A stretch of 47,294 nucleotides of DNA from assembly GCA_001189195.1 (NCBI GenBank), contig LFCQ01000006.1, positions 122,841 to 170,134 of the forward strand, in the 5' to 3' direction. This DNA is from Parcubacteria bacterium C7867-007. GTDB lineage: Bacteria; Patescibacteriota; Minisyncoccia; Phycocordibacterales; Phycocordibacteraceae. Every line of letters begins with the position of its first letter. The first letter of the stretch is position 1. Made by a program: the position numbers and the translations under genes. Below the pieces are notes generated by a model. That model was not told the DNA's origin, searched no databases, and saw only the letters and a list, made by a program, of their open reading frames with translations. Shown one piece after another: positions 1 through 10,479 of the stretch.

Positions 1-204
1 TTGGTTCCTCTCGACATACTTTGGCTATCGGACAACGGTACGATAGTCACCCTAGAACAGAATGTTGAACCATCCTCCTACCCGCATGTCTTTTATCCTG
101 ATATGCCGGTGCGATACGTGATGGAAATGCGTGCAGGACAGGCGGCGGCGCGAGGATGGACAGTCGGCACTACCGTGCAGCTCCCCTTGCCATACGGGAA
201 ATAA
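1..204 (+). CDS. DUF192 domain protein (5'-partial)
   Basis: PLDILW...RYVMEMRAG...G..VG pattern typical of the DUF192 C-terminal half; runs off the window start. Confidence 0.75.
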   Translation: MVPLDILWLSDNGTIVTLEQNVEPSSYPHVFYPDMPVRYVMEMRAGQAAARGWTVGTTVQLPLPYGK

Positions 205-312
205 ATTCTCGAGTGCAGTGTCCACAGTCTGATTCGATGAAGCAGCGGTACAATTCATATACGTCGACATCATCCTCGTTCTTCGGCGCCTATTATCTCT
301 TACCCAAACCCT

Positions 313-2685
313 ATGGCTAAAACCACGAAGTCCGCAGTGCTCTCTTCAAAGAAAAAAGTAGTATCTGCAAAAGTAGCGGTACCCGCAGAGAGCAAGGAGA
401 CGAAGCGATACCGCGAACTAATTCCTAAGATAGAGAAGCGCGACGGACGGATGGCAGATTTCTCATTTGAGAAGATTGTTTCGGTAACCCATAAGGCAAT
501 GGCTGCGGCCAATGAAGGAGGAGAGGATGATGCAGTGCTCGTAGCACACCAGGTAGCAGGCGAACTCGCTCGCTTTGCAAAGAAGTACAAGAATTTCCTT
601 CCAACCGTGGAGGGAATTCAGGATGCGGTTGAGAAGCAGCTCATGTTGAATGATTTCACCGGTTCTGCAAAAGCGTACATTCTATACCGCGACAAGCGGA
701 ACCAGATGCGCACAGAGCATATTGAGATTCCAGACGATGTACGTCGCCTCGCAGATGAGAGTAAGACGTACTTCAAGGGAAACGCTCTTGGAGAATTCGT
801 ATACCTTCGTAGCTATTCGAAGTGGAGTCCTGCAGAGGGTCGTCGTGAGACCTGGGTAGAGACAGTAGACCGCTACATCGGATTCATGAAAAAGAATCTT
901 GGAAAGAAACTTAGTGATAAGGAATACGCAGAGCTTCGTGAAGCAATTCTCAAGCAGGAAGTGATGCCATCAATGCGTCTTATGCAGTTCGCAGGTGAAG
1001 CGGTAGAGCGTTGCAATGTTGCAGCGTATAACTGCTCGTTCATTGCACCATCGAAGATCGCAGACTTTGCAGAGATTATGTACATCTCCATGTGTGGTAC
1101 TGGTGTTGGGTACTCTGTTGAGAGCGCAAACGTACAGGCGCTTCCACAGATCGGGGCACAGACTGGTGAGAAACTCCCAACACATGTGGTGGGGGACTCA
1201 AAAGAAGGTTGGTGCGATGCTCTCACACTTGGTCTCAAGACCTGGTTTGCAGGCAACGATGTAGACTTCGATTTCTCTCAGGTTCGTCCCGCAGGTGCAC
1301 GCCTTAAGACTATGGGTGGAAAGGCATCAGGCCCTGAACCACTTCGTAGTCTCCTCGCCTTCTCTCGTGAGCGTATCTTGAGCCGTCAGGGCCGTCGTCT
1401 TCGTAACATCGATGTACACGACATGATCTGCAAGATCGGTGAGTGTGTGGTGGCAGGTGGAGTACGCCGCAGCGCCATGATTTCCCTCTCAGATCTTGAT
1501 GATGATCTTGTTCGTGATGCTAAGAAGGGTGAGTTCTGGAACACCAACCCTCAGCGCTCCATCGCAAACAACTCAGCTATTTATAACGAGAAGCCAACAA
1601 ACGCAGAGTTCATGGATGAATGGGTTGCGCTTATGAAATCAGGTTCAGGTGAGCGCGGTATCTTCAACCGTGGCGCACTTGCACAGCAGCTCCCAGAGCG
1701 TCGTGTTGAGTTCTGGAACAAGACCGGATACATCAAGGCAGATAAGGTGGTGGGTCCTGCAGGAACCAATCCCTGTGGTGAGATCATTCTTAAGTCCAAA
1801 CAGTTCTGCAACCTCACTGAAGTAATTGCGCGTGCAGGGGACACAAAGGAATCACTCGTACGCAAGGCGCGTCTCGCAACCATCCTTGGTACCTATCAGT
1901 CCACCCTCACCAGCCTCAACTATCTTTCTAAGGAGTGGACCGAGAACTGCGAAGCAGAGCGTCTCCTTGGTGTATCTGTCACTGGCCAGTGGGACTCAAA
2001 GGCATCACGTACAGCAGACACTCTTAAGGCAATGCGTCTTGAGACCATCAAGACTAACAAGAAGTATGCAGAGAAGATGGGTGTGAGTGCGTCTATGGCA
2101 ATCACCTGTGTGAAGCCATCAGGTACCGTATCGCAGACCTTCGATGTCTCTTCTGGCATGCATCCTCGTCACTCACCGTACTATGTTCGTCGTATTCGTA
2201 TTAGTGCAACCGATTCCCTCTTTAAGTTCATGCGTGATGCAGGTGTACCGTTCTTCCCTGAAGTGGGGCAGAACCCAGAGACGGCAAACACCTATGTACT
2301 CGAGTTCCCGGTGAAAGCTCCAGAAGGTGCTATCTCCAAGAACGACATCACGGCACTTGATCAGCTTGAGCACTGGAAGCTCGTGAAGCAAAACTATACT
2401 GAGCACAATCCATCCGTAACGGTATCTGTGGGAGATGATGAATGGATCAAGGTTGCTAACTGGGTATATGAGAACTGGGAGATTGTTGGAGGACTCTCAT
2501 TCCTCCCTCGTGATAACCACGTATATCGTCTTGCTCCATACGAGCCAATTACCAAGGCAGAGTACGAAACTCGTATGAAAAACTTCCCAACCGTTGATTA
2601 TGCAAAACTCATGCTCTACGAGCGCGCTGATGAGACGGAGCTCAAGAAAGAAATGGCCTGTGTGGCGGGTATTTGCGAGATTTAA
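313..2685 (+). CDS. nrdJ: Class II (adenosylcobalamin-dependent) ribonucleotide reductase with N-terminal ATP-cone
   Basis: ATP-cone (IEKRDGR), MPSMR, NCSF, GGVRRSAMI, TNPCGEI, CNLTE, TCVKPSGTVS, C-terminal CVAGIC redox pair; no NrdB nearby. Confidence 0.92.
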   Translation: MAKTTKSAVLSSKKKVVSAKVAVPAESKETKRYRELIPKIEKRDGRMADFSFEKIVSVTHKAMAAANEGGEDDAVLVAHQVAGELARFAKKYKNFLPTVEGIQDAVEKQLMLNDFTGSAKAYILYRDKRNQMRTEHIEIPDDVRRLADESKTYFKGNALGEFVYLRSYSKWSPAEGRRETWVETVDRYIGFMKKNLGKKLSDKEYAELREAILKQEVMPSMRLMQFAGEAVERCNVAAYNCSFIAPSKIADFAEIMYISMCGTGVGYSVESANVQALPQIGAQTGEKLPTHVVGDSKEGWCDALTLGLKTWFAGNDVDFDFSQVRPAGARLKTMGGKASGPEPLRSLLAFSRERILSRQGRRLRNIDVHDMICKIGECVVAGGVRRSAMISLSDLDDDLVRDAKKGEFWNTNPQRSIANNSAIYNEKPTNAEFMDEWVALMKSGSGERGIFNRGALAQQLPERRVEFWNKTGYIKADKVVGPAGTNPCGEIILKSKQFCNLTEVIARAGDTKESLVRKARLATILGTYQSTLTSLNYLSKEWTENCEAERLLGVSVTGQWDSKASRTADTLKAMRLETIKTNKKYAEKMGVSASMAITCVKPSGTVSQTFDVSSGMHPRHSPYYVRRIRISATDSLFKFMRDAGVPFFPEVGQNPETANTYVLEFPVKAPEGAISKNDITALDQLEHWKLVKQNYTEHNPSVTVSVGDDEWIKVANWVYENWEIVGGLSFLPRDNHVYRLAPYEPITKAEYETRMKNFPTVDYAKLMLYERADETELKKEMACVAGICEI

Positions 2686-2690
2686 TCTAA

Positions 2691-2742
2691 GACGAACCAA
2701 ACAAAGAAGCACCCAATTGGGTGCTTCTTTGTTTGGTTCGTC
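2691..2742. terminator. 52-bp perfect palindrome / bidirectional terminator
   Basis: gacgaaccaaacaaagaagcacccaa|ttgggtgcttctttgtttggttcgtc between convergent genes. Confidence 0.75.
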
Positions 2743-2763
2743 CCTAGTCCACTAGCTAAAATA

Positions 2764-3075
2764 CTATTTTTGAACCTTTGTTACGCTTGTCCTTGATCTA
2801 GAAAGCATCAAAGCGCTAACAGCGATAATAATGGAAACGCACACTAAGGCGCCTGCCGCCAAATCATCTCGTGATTTAATTCTGCGCTCAGACTCACCAA
2901 GTTCTTTGACGTGTTTAGAAAACGCCTCCAACTTTTCTGTGCAGTCAGGACCGCGCTTCTCCACTGGAGTATTAATACAGACGCTAACATCTTGGGATGG
3001 AGTAAGTGCATACGTCTGACCAGTAGTCATTAGTCCGACACTTATGAACGTAAGTAGCAGAAGTCTTTTTAGCAT
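2764..3075 (-). CDS. Hypothetical exported protein with C-terminal TM helix
   Basis: Signal-peptide-like N-terminus, hydrophobic C-terminal helix plus basic tail; TGA-TAGGAT 6 nt before the ATG. Confidence 0.55.
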   Translation of the reverse strand: MLKRLLLLTFISVGLMTTGQTYALTPSQDVSVCINTPVEKRGPDCTEKLEAFSKHVKELGESERRIKSRDDLAAGALVCVSIIIAVSALMLSRSRTSVTKVQK

Positions 3076-3151
3076 CTAGTAATCCTATCATTAGGTACGT
3101 GGCTATAATCCACGCGGCGAGTAAAGAAGAAATCGCTTTATTTTTCAGATA

Positions 3152-3160
3152 TGGTATAAT
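3152..3160 (+). promoter_or_regulatory. Extended -10 promoter of rnpB
   Basis: TGGTATAAT ending 6 nt before the RNase P P1 helix. Confidence 0.65.
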
Positions 3161-3166
3161 CCCACC

Positions 3167-3492
3167 TAGACCGATCCAGACGATCGCTCTGAGTTTCTCA
3201 GGGAGGAAAGTCCGAACTCAGGCTAGCAATAGCAGCAGGGTAGCGGGTAACGCCCGTCCGTAGTGATACGCGAGGTGCGAGCAGAGACGCTCGAAGAGAA
3301 ATCCTAGAGCATCTGACCTCGGTCAGATGAATCCACTTGGCGACTTGTGGGGTGAAACGGCTAAATCCTTACCTCTGTGCAAGGCCGTGCCCAGTAATGG
3401 GAGCGCCGCTTGAGCCGTCTGGTAACAGGCGGCCCAGATAGATGATCGTCCGTACTTCGGTACGACAGAATTCGGCTTATCGGATCGGTCTA
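3167..3492 (+). ncRNA. rnpB: RNase P RNA
   Basis: GAGGAAAGTCCGAAC and ACAGAATTCGGCTTA (P4 strands with compensatory changes), GGGGTGAAACGG, TGCAAG, AGATAGATGATCG; terminal P1 tagaccgatcc/ggatcggtcta. Confidence 0.95.
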
Positions 3493-3499
3493 AATACAT

Positions 3500-3537
3500 G
3501 AAGAAACCTGCCCTCTGGGTGGGTTTCTTCGCTTTTT
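3500..3537 (+). terminator. Intrinsic terminator after rnpB
   Basis: gaagaaacctgccc-tct-gggtgggtttcttc followed by gctttt. Confidence 0.6.
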
Positions 3538-3667
3538 ATACGAACGTGTTCTGGTGTTCTATCCCCACTCTTTGCATACGGACCTCCTCGAAGAAGGGGC
3601 GGGACGTATACTTATATAGGTATTATTAGGTTTATCAGGGTTAATCCCGTAATTACGGTGTAACAAT

Positions 3668-6118
3668 ATGCAAACAGATACAGCTCACACAGCGGTATCC
3701 GTCGCGCCTCACCCTCGGCGCTTTTCGTTCGATACGCTAGCTATCTGGGCTCTCACGCTCACGGCTGCGCTTTCGGCGATAGCGTTCATTCCGGTGGCCA
3801 CGGTACCGTTCCTTTATACGAAAGTGTCGATCATAGCCCTTGGTGGTTTGATCGCATTGGTGTTCTTCGTTCTCGCTCGTCTTACGCGCGGCAACATCAT
3901 TGTTCCCCCGGTCGCACTGATTGGGGCACTATGGTTCCTGCCGCTTGCGTATGCACTCTCGATGCTCTTCTCTGGCAATAACCTTGCTGCAGGTGCATTT
4001 GGAAATGAGCTTGAACCAGACACGTTCGGCTTCATACTTATCCTTGCGTCATTCGCAACACTCATTGCACTGGTGTTCCGCAGAACCAATCACTACCGCA
4101 CGTTCTTCTCAGTGGCGGGTGTGGTGCTCGCAATTGCGCTGGTAGTGCAGGTTTTGTTCGTGATCATTGCAAAGGTGTCACCAAACCTCATTTCTTCAAC
4201 CTCTAACCTTATTGGATCGTTTACTGATCTTGGTACGGTGGTTGGTCTTGGGGTGGTTATTGGTCTTCTCGCTATTCGCTTTGTGTCTCTCACCCCGCGT
4301 ATTCGTACGGCACTCTGGATCTTTGGAGGTCTTGGGCTCGTTGTGCTTGCGCTCGTGAACTCAAAGCTCATATGGATTCTTGTTACCCTTGTAGCGCTCG
4401 GTCTCTTTATCGAGGCCATCATGAAGCGTCGCGGTATGGTAGATGAAGATGATCTTGAAGGAGTGGCAACACTTGAGATGACGGCTGGTCGTGAGACCAC
4501 TGTGGCAGATTCTCGTGCACTTGCCCCTGCACTGGTAACCATTGTTATTGCCCTCTTCTTTATTATTGGAGGGAATACTATTGGTGCAGCGCTTTCAAAC
4601 GCGCTTGGCACCAACTTCCTTGATGTGCACCCATCATGGCAGTCCACCTTCGCGGTGGGAAGTCACACTTATGCGTCATCACCGCTCTTTGGCTCTGGCC
4701 CAGGAACATTTGGTGAGCAGTGGCTTAAGTATCGTCAGCCAGCATTGAATGACACGATCTTCTGGAACATAGACTTCAATGCAGGTATTGGTATGATCCC
4801 AACCTCGTTTGTGACCACCGGTATTCTTGGTGTGCTCGCGTGGCTCGGATTTATAGGTCTCTTCTTATTCACTGGTATTCGGGCACTCCTCTTCCGTACC
4901 CCAGAGGACGCATACGCACGCTTCGTTGCGGTGGCATCATTTGTGGGAAGTGTGTACCTGTTTACCGTGATGATATTCGCAACACCAGGCCCACTGGTAC
5001 TTCTGGTTGGGTTCTTCCTTGTGGGTCTCTTCATCTCATCGCTCCGCTATAGCGGTACACGCCGTGAATGGGGAATCGTATTTGCGAAGAACCCTCGTGT
5101 TGGATTCGTTATCGTATTCGGTCTCACTATCCTCTTGCTCGCTTCAGTGGTTGCAGCATATACCGTGGTGGAACGATATCTTGGAAACGTATCCTACGCA
5201 CAAGGAGTGTCTGCTCTTTCAAAGGGTGACATCACCAAAGCGAGTGAAGCAGCACAGCGAGCCATACTCTTTGGAGCAAATGACCGCACCTATCAGTTGG
5301 CAGCAGCCATTGGTATTGCGCAAATGAATCGTGTAGCAGCAGATCAATCTCTTGCACCAAGCGATGCACAGCAGCAGTTCCAGGCCGCACTCTCAACCAG
5401 TATTCAGGCTGCATCAAAGGCAGTAGAGCTCAACAGCAAGAACTACCAAAACTGGGCAGTGCTTGGCGGGGTATACCAGACGGTTGTGCCACTTAACCTT
5501 GAGGGAGCGTATGAGAAATCAAAAGAGGCTTATACACGCGCCATTGAGCTTAATCCTTCAAGTCCAACCCTCCCATTTGCACTTGCACAGCTTGAGATTG
5601 CAAAGAGAAATTATCCTGCAGCAGAAGAAGCACTTCTTCGTGCAGTGAGTCTGAAGCGTGATTACACGCAAGCAATCTATCTCTATTCGCAGCTTGCTGT
5701 GCAGCAGGGCAAGGCACGTGAAGCACTTGAGGCAGCAGAAGCAGCTGCGTATCTCGCACCAAACGATCCAAATATTCTCTTCCAAGTAGGTATTCTTCGT
5801 TCAGGAAGCGGAGATGCAGATGGTGCTATTCAGGCACTCTCACGAGCAGTTGATCTGAACAAAGAGTTCGCTAACGCGCGCTTCTTCCTGGCGGTAGCAT
5901 ATGCAACAAAGGCGCAGTACGCACCGGCACTTGCACAGCTTGAAGCGATTGCCGCGCTCTCTCCAGAGAACGCAAAGATCGTGGAAGCAGACATCGCACA
6001 GCTTCGCGCAGGAAAGAATCCATTCCCTGCCTCACGCCTTGGAGCACTTGGTGTAGCTAAGCCCCCACTTCCGGATGCTCAGACATTGCCCGCAACCACC
6101 GCGGTACCCGCGCAGTAA
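3668..6118 (+). CDS. Multi-TM membrane protein (O-antigen ligase/Wzy_C-like) with C-terminal TPR repeats
   Basis: ~12-14 hydrophobic helices, PLFGSGPGTF loop motif, TPR-type helices (AIELNP, AVDLNKEFANARFFLA). Confidence 0.7.
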   Translation: MQTDTAHTAVSVAPHPRRFSFDTLAIWALTLTAALSAIAFIPVATVPFLYTKVSIIALGGLIALVFFVLARLTRGNIIVPPVALIGALWFLPLAYALSMLFSGNNLAAGAFGNELEPDTFGFILILASFATLIALVFRRTNHYRTFFSVAGVVLAIALVVQVLFVIIAKVSPNLISSTSNLIGSFTDLGTVVGLGVVIGLLAIRFVSLTPRIRTALWIFGGLGLVVLALVNSKLIWILVTLVALGLFIEAIMKRRGMVDEDDLEGVATLEMTAGRETTVADSRALAPALVTIVIALFFIIGGNTIGAALSNALGTNFLDVHPSWQSTFAVGSHTYASSPLFGSGPGTFGEQWLKYRQPALNDTIFWNIDFNAGIGMIPTSFVTTGILGVLAWLGFIGLFLFTGIRALLFRTPEDAYARFVAVASFVGSVYLFTVMIFATPGPLVLLVGFFLVGLFISSLRYSGTRREWGIVFAKNPRVGFVIVFGLTILLLASVVAAYTVVERYLGNVSYAQGVSALSKGDITKASEAAQRAILFGANDRTYQLAAAIGIAQMNRVAADQSLAPSDAQQQFQAALSTSIQAASKAVELNSKNYQNWAVLGGVYQTVVPLNLEGAYEKSKEAYTRAIELNPSSPTLPFALAQLEIAKRNYPAAEEALLRAVSLKRDYTQAIYLYSQLAVQQGKAREALEAAEAAAYLAPNDPNILFQVGILRSGSGDADGAIQALSRAVDLNKEFANARFFLAVAYATKAQYAPALAQLEAIAALSPENAKIVEADIAQLRAGKNPFPASRLGALGVAKPPLPDAQTLPATTAVPAQ

Positions 6119-6127
6119 TACGAGGAA

Positions 6128-7810
6128 ATGGTTCGCGAATTCCTCACAAAGCTAACAGCACCCGTACGCGGCCTACATCAGGCCGCGTACCTGCTTGCCT
6201 TGCTGACGCTTGCGTCCCAGCTCCTTGCACTTACACGTGATCGCATCTTCGCTCACACCTTTGGTGCGGGTGAGGTGCTGGATATGTACTATGCGGCGTT
6301 CAAGATTCCCGACCTCGTATTTGCCCTGGTCGCATCATTGGTCTCAGCGTACGTACTTATTCCGATGATCTCGGGAATGGAGAAGAAAGAGGCGCGACGA
6401 TTGCTCTCTGAAACAGCAACCTTCTTGGTTATAACCGGAGGATTCATCTGCATCATACTTGCAATCTTCGCGCCGAACTTCGTCTTCATTTTGTTCCCAA
6501 GCTTTGCAAACTCACCCAATGCAGATCTGTTCGTAACATTAGTACGTCTTCTGTTGATACAACCGATCTTGCTCGGACTTTCAGGTATCCTTGGCAGTGT
6601 TACGCAGATCAAACGACGGTTCGTACTGTTCGCACTTTCTCCCGTACTCTATAACCTCGGTATTATCTTCGGTACCGTATTCCTCTATCCGCAGTACGGC
6701 ATCTTAGGTATTGGTATGGGTGTTCTCATTGGTGCAACAGCGCACCTGCTTCTGAACGTGCCTATAGCATTTGGTGCAAAGCTACTTCCGTACCCCCGTA
6801 TTCCTTCGTATGGAGTGATTATGTCGGTAGTGCGCAACTCAGTGCCGCGTTCGTTAGCACTTGGTATGGGGACAATCACCACTCTTGGTCTCCTTGCAAT
6901 AGCTAGTCGTCTTGGCCCGGGCTCTGTATCCGTGTTTACCCTTGCAAGCAACCTGGAGGCAGTACCTCTTTCACTCATTGGTGCTGCATATGCAACAGCC
7001 GCATTCCCGGTGCTTGCAGAACAGCATGGCAAAGGGAAGAAGGATGAGTTTCAAGCAACCATATTTGCAGCAGCACGCCACATCATTCTCTGGTCTTCAG
7101 TGATCTTGGTGCTAACTGTGGTGCTGCGTGCACATATTGTGCGCATTATTCTTGGTTCTGGTGCTTTTGATTGGGATGCAACACGTCTCACTGCAGCTAT
7201 CCTCGGCATTATGGTGCTTTCTCTCATTGCACAGGGAATAATCCTTCTTGCAGCTCGTGCCTTTTATGCGGCGCACCGGTCGTGGAACCCGTTGTTTGTA
7301 CAACTTGCAGATTGCGGCATCTCAATCCTCAGTGCTCTTGGATTCTTGCACCTTGCAAGGACCGTACCTGAAGTACGTTATTTTGTAGAGTCTCTCTTTA
7401 GGGTTACCGATGTGCCCGGTTCAGAAATACTCTTTGTTGCCTGTGGATTCACGCTTGGTCAACTCATCATGGGAGTGGTGGCGCTCATCACCCTTCGTAC
7501 AGTGGTACCTGGTGCAGCTCGAGAACTCATCCGACCCATCCTTGAGTCATTCGGTGCAGCACTGCTTGGAGGAACCGCTGCATACGGGGCTCTCTCACTC
7601 ATGGGTAACATAGCGCCACTCACCACACTTCCCGTAGTGGTTGCAGAGGGCGCTGTGGCTGGTATGGTGGGTCTAGCAGTGGCTTGTGCGGTACTCTTCA
7701 TGCTCCAGAACAAAGAGATGAAGGCACTCTGGAACTCTCTTTCTAAGCTCCGAAACCTTCGTGCTCTCAAGCCATACGCGCCAATCGGAAATGACCAAAC
7801 ACATACGTAA
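6128..7810 (+). CDS. murJ: Lipid II flippase MurJ (MviN)
   Basis: SQLLALTRDRIFAHTFGAG..DMYYAAFKIPD; RAFYA; ~14 TM. Confidence 0.88.
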   Translation: MVREFLTKLTAPVRGLHQAAYLLALLTLASQLLALTRDRIFAHTFGAGEVLDMYYAAFKIPDLVFALVASLVSAYVLIPMISGMEKKEARRLLSETATFLVITGGFICIILAIFAPNFVFILFPSFANSPNADLFVTLVRLLLIQPILLGLSGILGSVTQIKRRFVLFALSPVLYNLGIIFGTVFLYPQYGILGIGMGVLIGATAHLLLNVPIAFGAKLLPYPRIPSYGVIMSVVRNSVPRSLALGMGTITTLGLLAIASRLGPGSVSVFTLASNLEAVPLSLIGAAYATAAFPVLAEQHGKGKKDEFQATIFAAARHIILWSSVILVLTVVLRAHIVRIILGSGAFDWDATRLTAAILGIMVLSLIAQGIILLAARAFYAAHRSWNPLFVQLADCGISILSALGFLHLARTVPEVRYFVESLFRVTDVPGSEILFVACGFTLGQLIMGVVALITLRTVVPGAARELIRPILESFGAALLGGTAAYGALSLMGNIAPLTTLPVVVAEGAVAGMVGLAVACAVLFMLQNKEMKALWNSLSKLRNLRALKPYAPIGNDQTHT

Positions 7811-9587
7811 CTTTAGTATTATTGCTCACATCGACCATGGAAAATCGACCTTAGCTGATCGACTTCTTGAGCGTACCGGTACAATTGAAGCGCGTAAGAT
7901 GCGCGATCAAGTATTGGATAAAATGGATCTTGAACGTGAACGCGGTATCACCATCAAGATGCAGCCAGCACGCATGAAGTACAAAGCTAAGGATGGGGAA
8001 GACTATATTCTCAATCTTATCGATACTCCAGGGCATATCGACTTTGCCTATGAAGTCTCTCGCGCGCTCTCTGCCGTTGAGGGAGTGATTCTCCTTGTCG
8101 ACTCAACACAGGGTGTGCAGGCACAGACACTCACCACACTTGGTATGGCCAAGAAAGCAGGCTGTGTGATCATCCCGGTGCTTTCAAAGATCGACTCACC
8201 AGCAGCACGTATTGATGATGTAACCCTTGAGCTCGCAGAGCTTCTAGATGTACCACCAGAAACCGTTATGGCTGTCTCAGGGCGTACCGGGGAAGGTGTT
8301 GAGGCTCTTCTGGAAGAGATTATTCGATTAGTACCTGCACCACGCCCGAGTGAAGGTGATTCGGCACGTGCGCTTATCTTTGACTTCTCATACTCTACAC
8401 ATCGCGGTATTGCCGTATTTGCTCGTGTGTTTGATGGCACCCTTAAGAAAGGGGATTTGCTTCGCTTTGCTGCAGCCGGTACGCGGTTCACCGCACTTGA
8501 GACCGGTATATTTATGCCAGACGAAGTATCTACCGAATCTCTCTCTGCAGGAGAGATCGGATACATTGTTACCGGAGTGAAAGAAGCAGGAGTGGTGGCT
8601 GTGGGAGACACTATTTATGCAGACCGAGCCAATATCCCACCCCTTGAAGGTTTTGATCGTCCGCGACCAGTGGTGTGGGCATCAGTGTATCCAGAAAGTC
8701 AGGATGATCTAACTATGCTCCGTCAGGCACTTGAGCGTCTGCGCCTTTCAGACTCCTCACTATCTTTTGAAGAGGAGTCATCAGGTGTGCTTGGCCGGGG
8801 GTTCCGTTGTGGTTTCCTAGGAATGCTTCACCTTGAAATTGTTACCGAACGCTTAAAGCGCGAATTCAATCTCACCCTTATTGTTACCATTCCAACTATT
8901 GCCTACACTGTTACCAATAAGCAGGGAAAGAAGGAAACTATATACACTCCCTCAAAGTTCCCCGCCTTTGGTGATGTTGCAGAAATTGCTGAACCTTGGG
9001 TTAAGGTCATCCTTATCACCCCTGCAGAATCTCTTTCAGGGATGATTCAACTCTTTCATGATCACGAAGGGGCAGTGATGGATACCCAGACTCATCTTGA
9101 TGGTCGCATCGAACTTGCGGCAGAGATGCCACTTCGGGAGCTTATGCGTGGCTTCTTTGACCGCGTGAAGAACGTTTCTTCAGGGTATGCATCTCTTTCA
9201 TACGAATTCCTTGATGAGCGTCTTGCGGATGTGGTGAAGCTAGAGATATTTGTAGCAGATGAACCAGTACCCGCCTTTGCTCGTGTGGTGTCTCGACGTC
9301 GTGTTGAACAGGATGGTGAACGAATGGTTGAGAAACTCCATGAGATTCTTCCTCGTCAGATGTTCGTACTTAAGATTCAGGCACATGCGCTTGGTCGTAT
9401 TGTCTCTTCTAAGTCTATCTCTGCACTCCGCAAGGACGTCACAGGATATCTCTATGGAGGAGACATCACACGTCGTATGAAACTTCTTGAGAAACAGAAG
9501 AAGGGAAAGAAGGTGCGTGGGGTACACGCAAAGATGGAAATACCCCAGGAGGTATTCATGAAAATGGTGCAGGATAGTGGGCAATAG
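7791..9587 (+). CDS. lepA: Elongation factor 4
   Basis: IRNFSIIAHIDHGKSTLADR, ERERGITIK, LIDTPGH, GFRCGFLGMLH, YGGDITRRMKLLEKQK; ATG at 7791 overlaps the end of murJ. Confidence 0.97.
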   Translation: MTKHIRNFSIIAHIDHGKSTLADRLLERTGTIEARKMRDQVLDKMDLERERGITIKMQPARMKYKAKDGEDYILNLIDTPGHIDFAYEVSRALSAVEGVILLVDSTQGVQAQTLTTLGMAKKAGCVIIPVLSKIDSPAARIDDVTLELAELLDVPPETVMAVSGRTGEGVEALLEEIIRLVPAPRPSEGDSARALIFDFSYSTHRGIAVFARVFDGTLKKGDLLRFAAAGTRFTALETGIFMPDEVSTESLSAGEIGYIVTGVKEAGVVAVGDTIYADRANIPPLEGFDRPRPVVWASVYPESQDDLTMLRQALERLRLSDSSLSFEEESSGVLGRGFRCGFLGMLHLEIVTERLKREFNLTLIVTIPTIAYTVTNKQGKKETIYTPSKFPAFGDVAEIAEPWVKVILITPAESLSGMIQLFHDHEGAVMDTQTHLDGRIELAAEMPLRELMRGFFDRVKNVSSGYASLSYEFLDERLADVVKLEIFVADEPVPAFARVVSRRRVEQDGERMVEKLHEILPRQMFVLKIQAHALGRIVSSKSISALRKDVTGYLYGGDITRRMKLLEKQKKGKKVRGVHAKMEIPQEVFMKMVQDSGQ

Positions 9588-9617
9588 GGAGGTGGAGTGT
9601 CTTGGTATACTCAGAGT

Positions 9618-9971
9618 ATGTCCAGACACAAGACAGTACCAATCAAGGAATATCTGATTGCAGGAAGTCTCATTCTTGTGATTATCTGGTTCGTCTTCCT
9701 CATCATGGGTATTGCGCGTAAAGAAGAGATCGCACGCCATGCGGTAAAGGATACACATGCACAACTTGCCGCTCTCGATGAACGCCGTGCCACTCTCCAA
9801 CAGAACCTCGATGATCTCTCAACAGACCGAGGGCAAGAGGCAGTATTGCGCCAAACATATGGTGTGGCTAAACCTGGAGAGCAGGTGATTATTGTAGTTC
9901 CTCCCAAAGCGACACCCCCACCTCCACCGCTCCCATGGTGGAAGGAAGCCCTTATCTGGCTCAAGTTCTAA
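9618..9971 (+). CDS. Septum formation initiator (FtsB/DivIC family)
   Basis: Single TM, coiled coil, E..LRQTYGVAKPGEQVI motif. Confidence 0.75.
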   Translation: MSRHKTVPIKEYLIAGSLILVIIWFVFLIMGIARKEEIARHAVKDTHAQLAALDERRATLQQNLDDLSTDRGQEAVLRQTYGVAKPGEQVIIVVPPKATPPPPPLPWWKEALIWLKF

Positions 9972-9972
9972 C

Positions 9973-10000
9973 TTGACAGAACCTACATAAGTACTATAAT
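9973..10000 (+). promoter_or_regulatory. Consensus sigma70 promoter
   Basis: TTGACA-16 nt-TATAAT upstream of the 10027 ORF. Confidence 0.6.
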
Positions 10001-10026
10001 ACATACAGCAAAACAAGGGGGCTACC

Positions 10027-10479
10027 ATGTTGCTGTTCCTTCTACCGTTGGTGTTGATCCTCGTCGCCGCACGGTTTGCCTTCCAGAATCGCTGGTGGCA
10101 CGCCATTCCCGAGCGCCGGATCATCTTCCTCCTCTCGGTCGTGATCGTCATCATGCTCTACTTCATGGGTTTCTACTGGCGCTTCAAGCCGGTGACTTCT
10201 GAAGAGCTGATGGTCTTCGCCGCAGCGTGCTTCATTGGCCTGATCGCCGTGGAGCTGTGGGGAGTGATCCGCAGGGTCACGCCGCGTCTGCTGCGAGGGA
10301 TCCGCGCCAGGCCTCAGGTCTTGATCCTGGTGATCGTGGTGGGATTGCATCTGATTGCACTCCTTCCAGGATCCGATCCGAGCCTGATCTCTCTGATGAT
10401 CGGCATCGACTTCGTGTTGCTTGCTCTCTATCTCATCATCACGAGGGGTCTCAGGATCAAGCCACGGGGCTGGCCATAA
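10027..10479 (+). CDS. Hypothetical membrane protein (~5 TM)
   Basis: Hydrophobic ORF with own promoter, AGGGGG RBS and downstream terminator (10506-10532); GC-richer codon usage than neighbours. Confidence 0.6.
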   Translation: MLLFLLPLVLILVAARFAFQNRWWHAIPERRIIFLLSVVIVIMLYFMGFYWRFKPVTSEELMVFAAACFIGLIAVELWGVIRRVTPRLLRGIRARPQVLILVIVVGLHLIALLPGSDPSLISLMIGIDFVLLALYLIITRGLRIKPRGWP

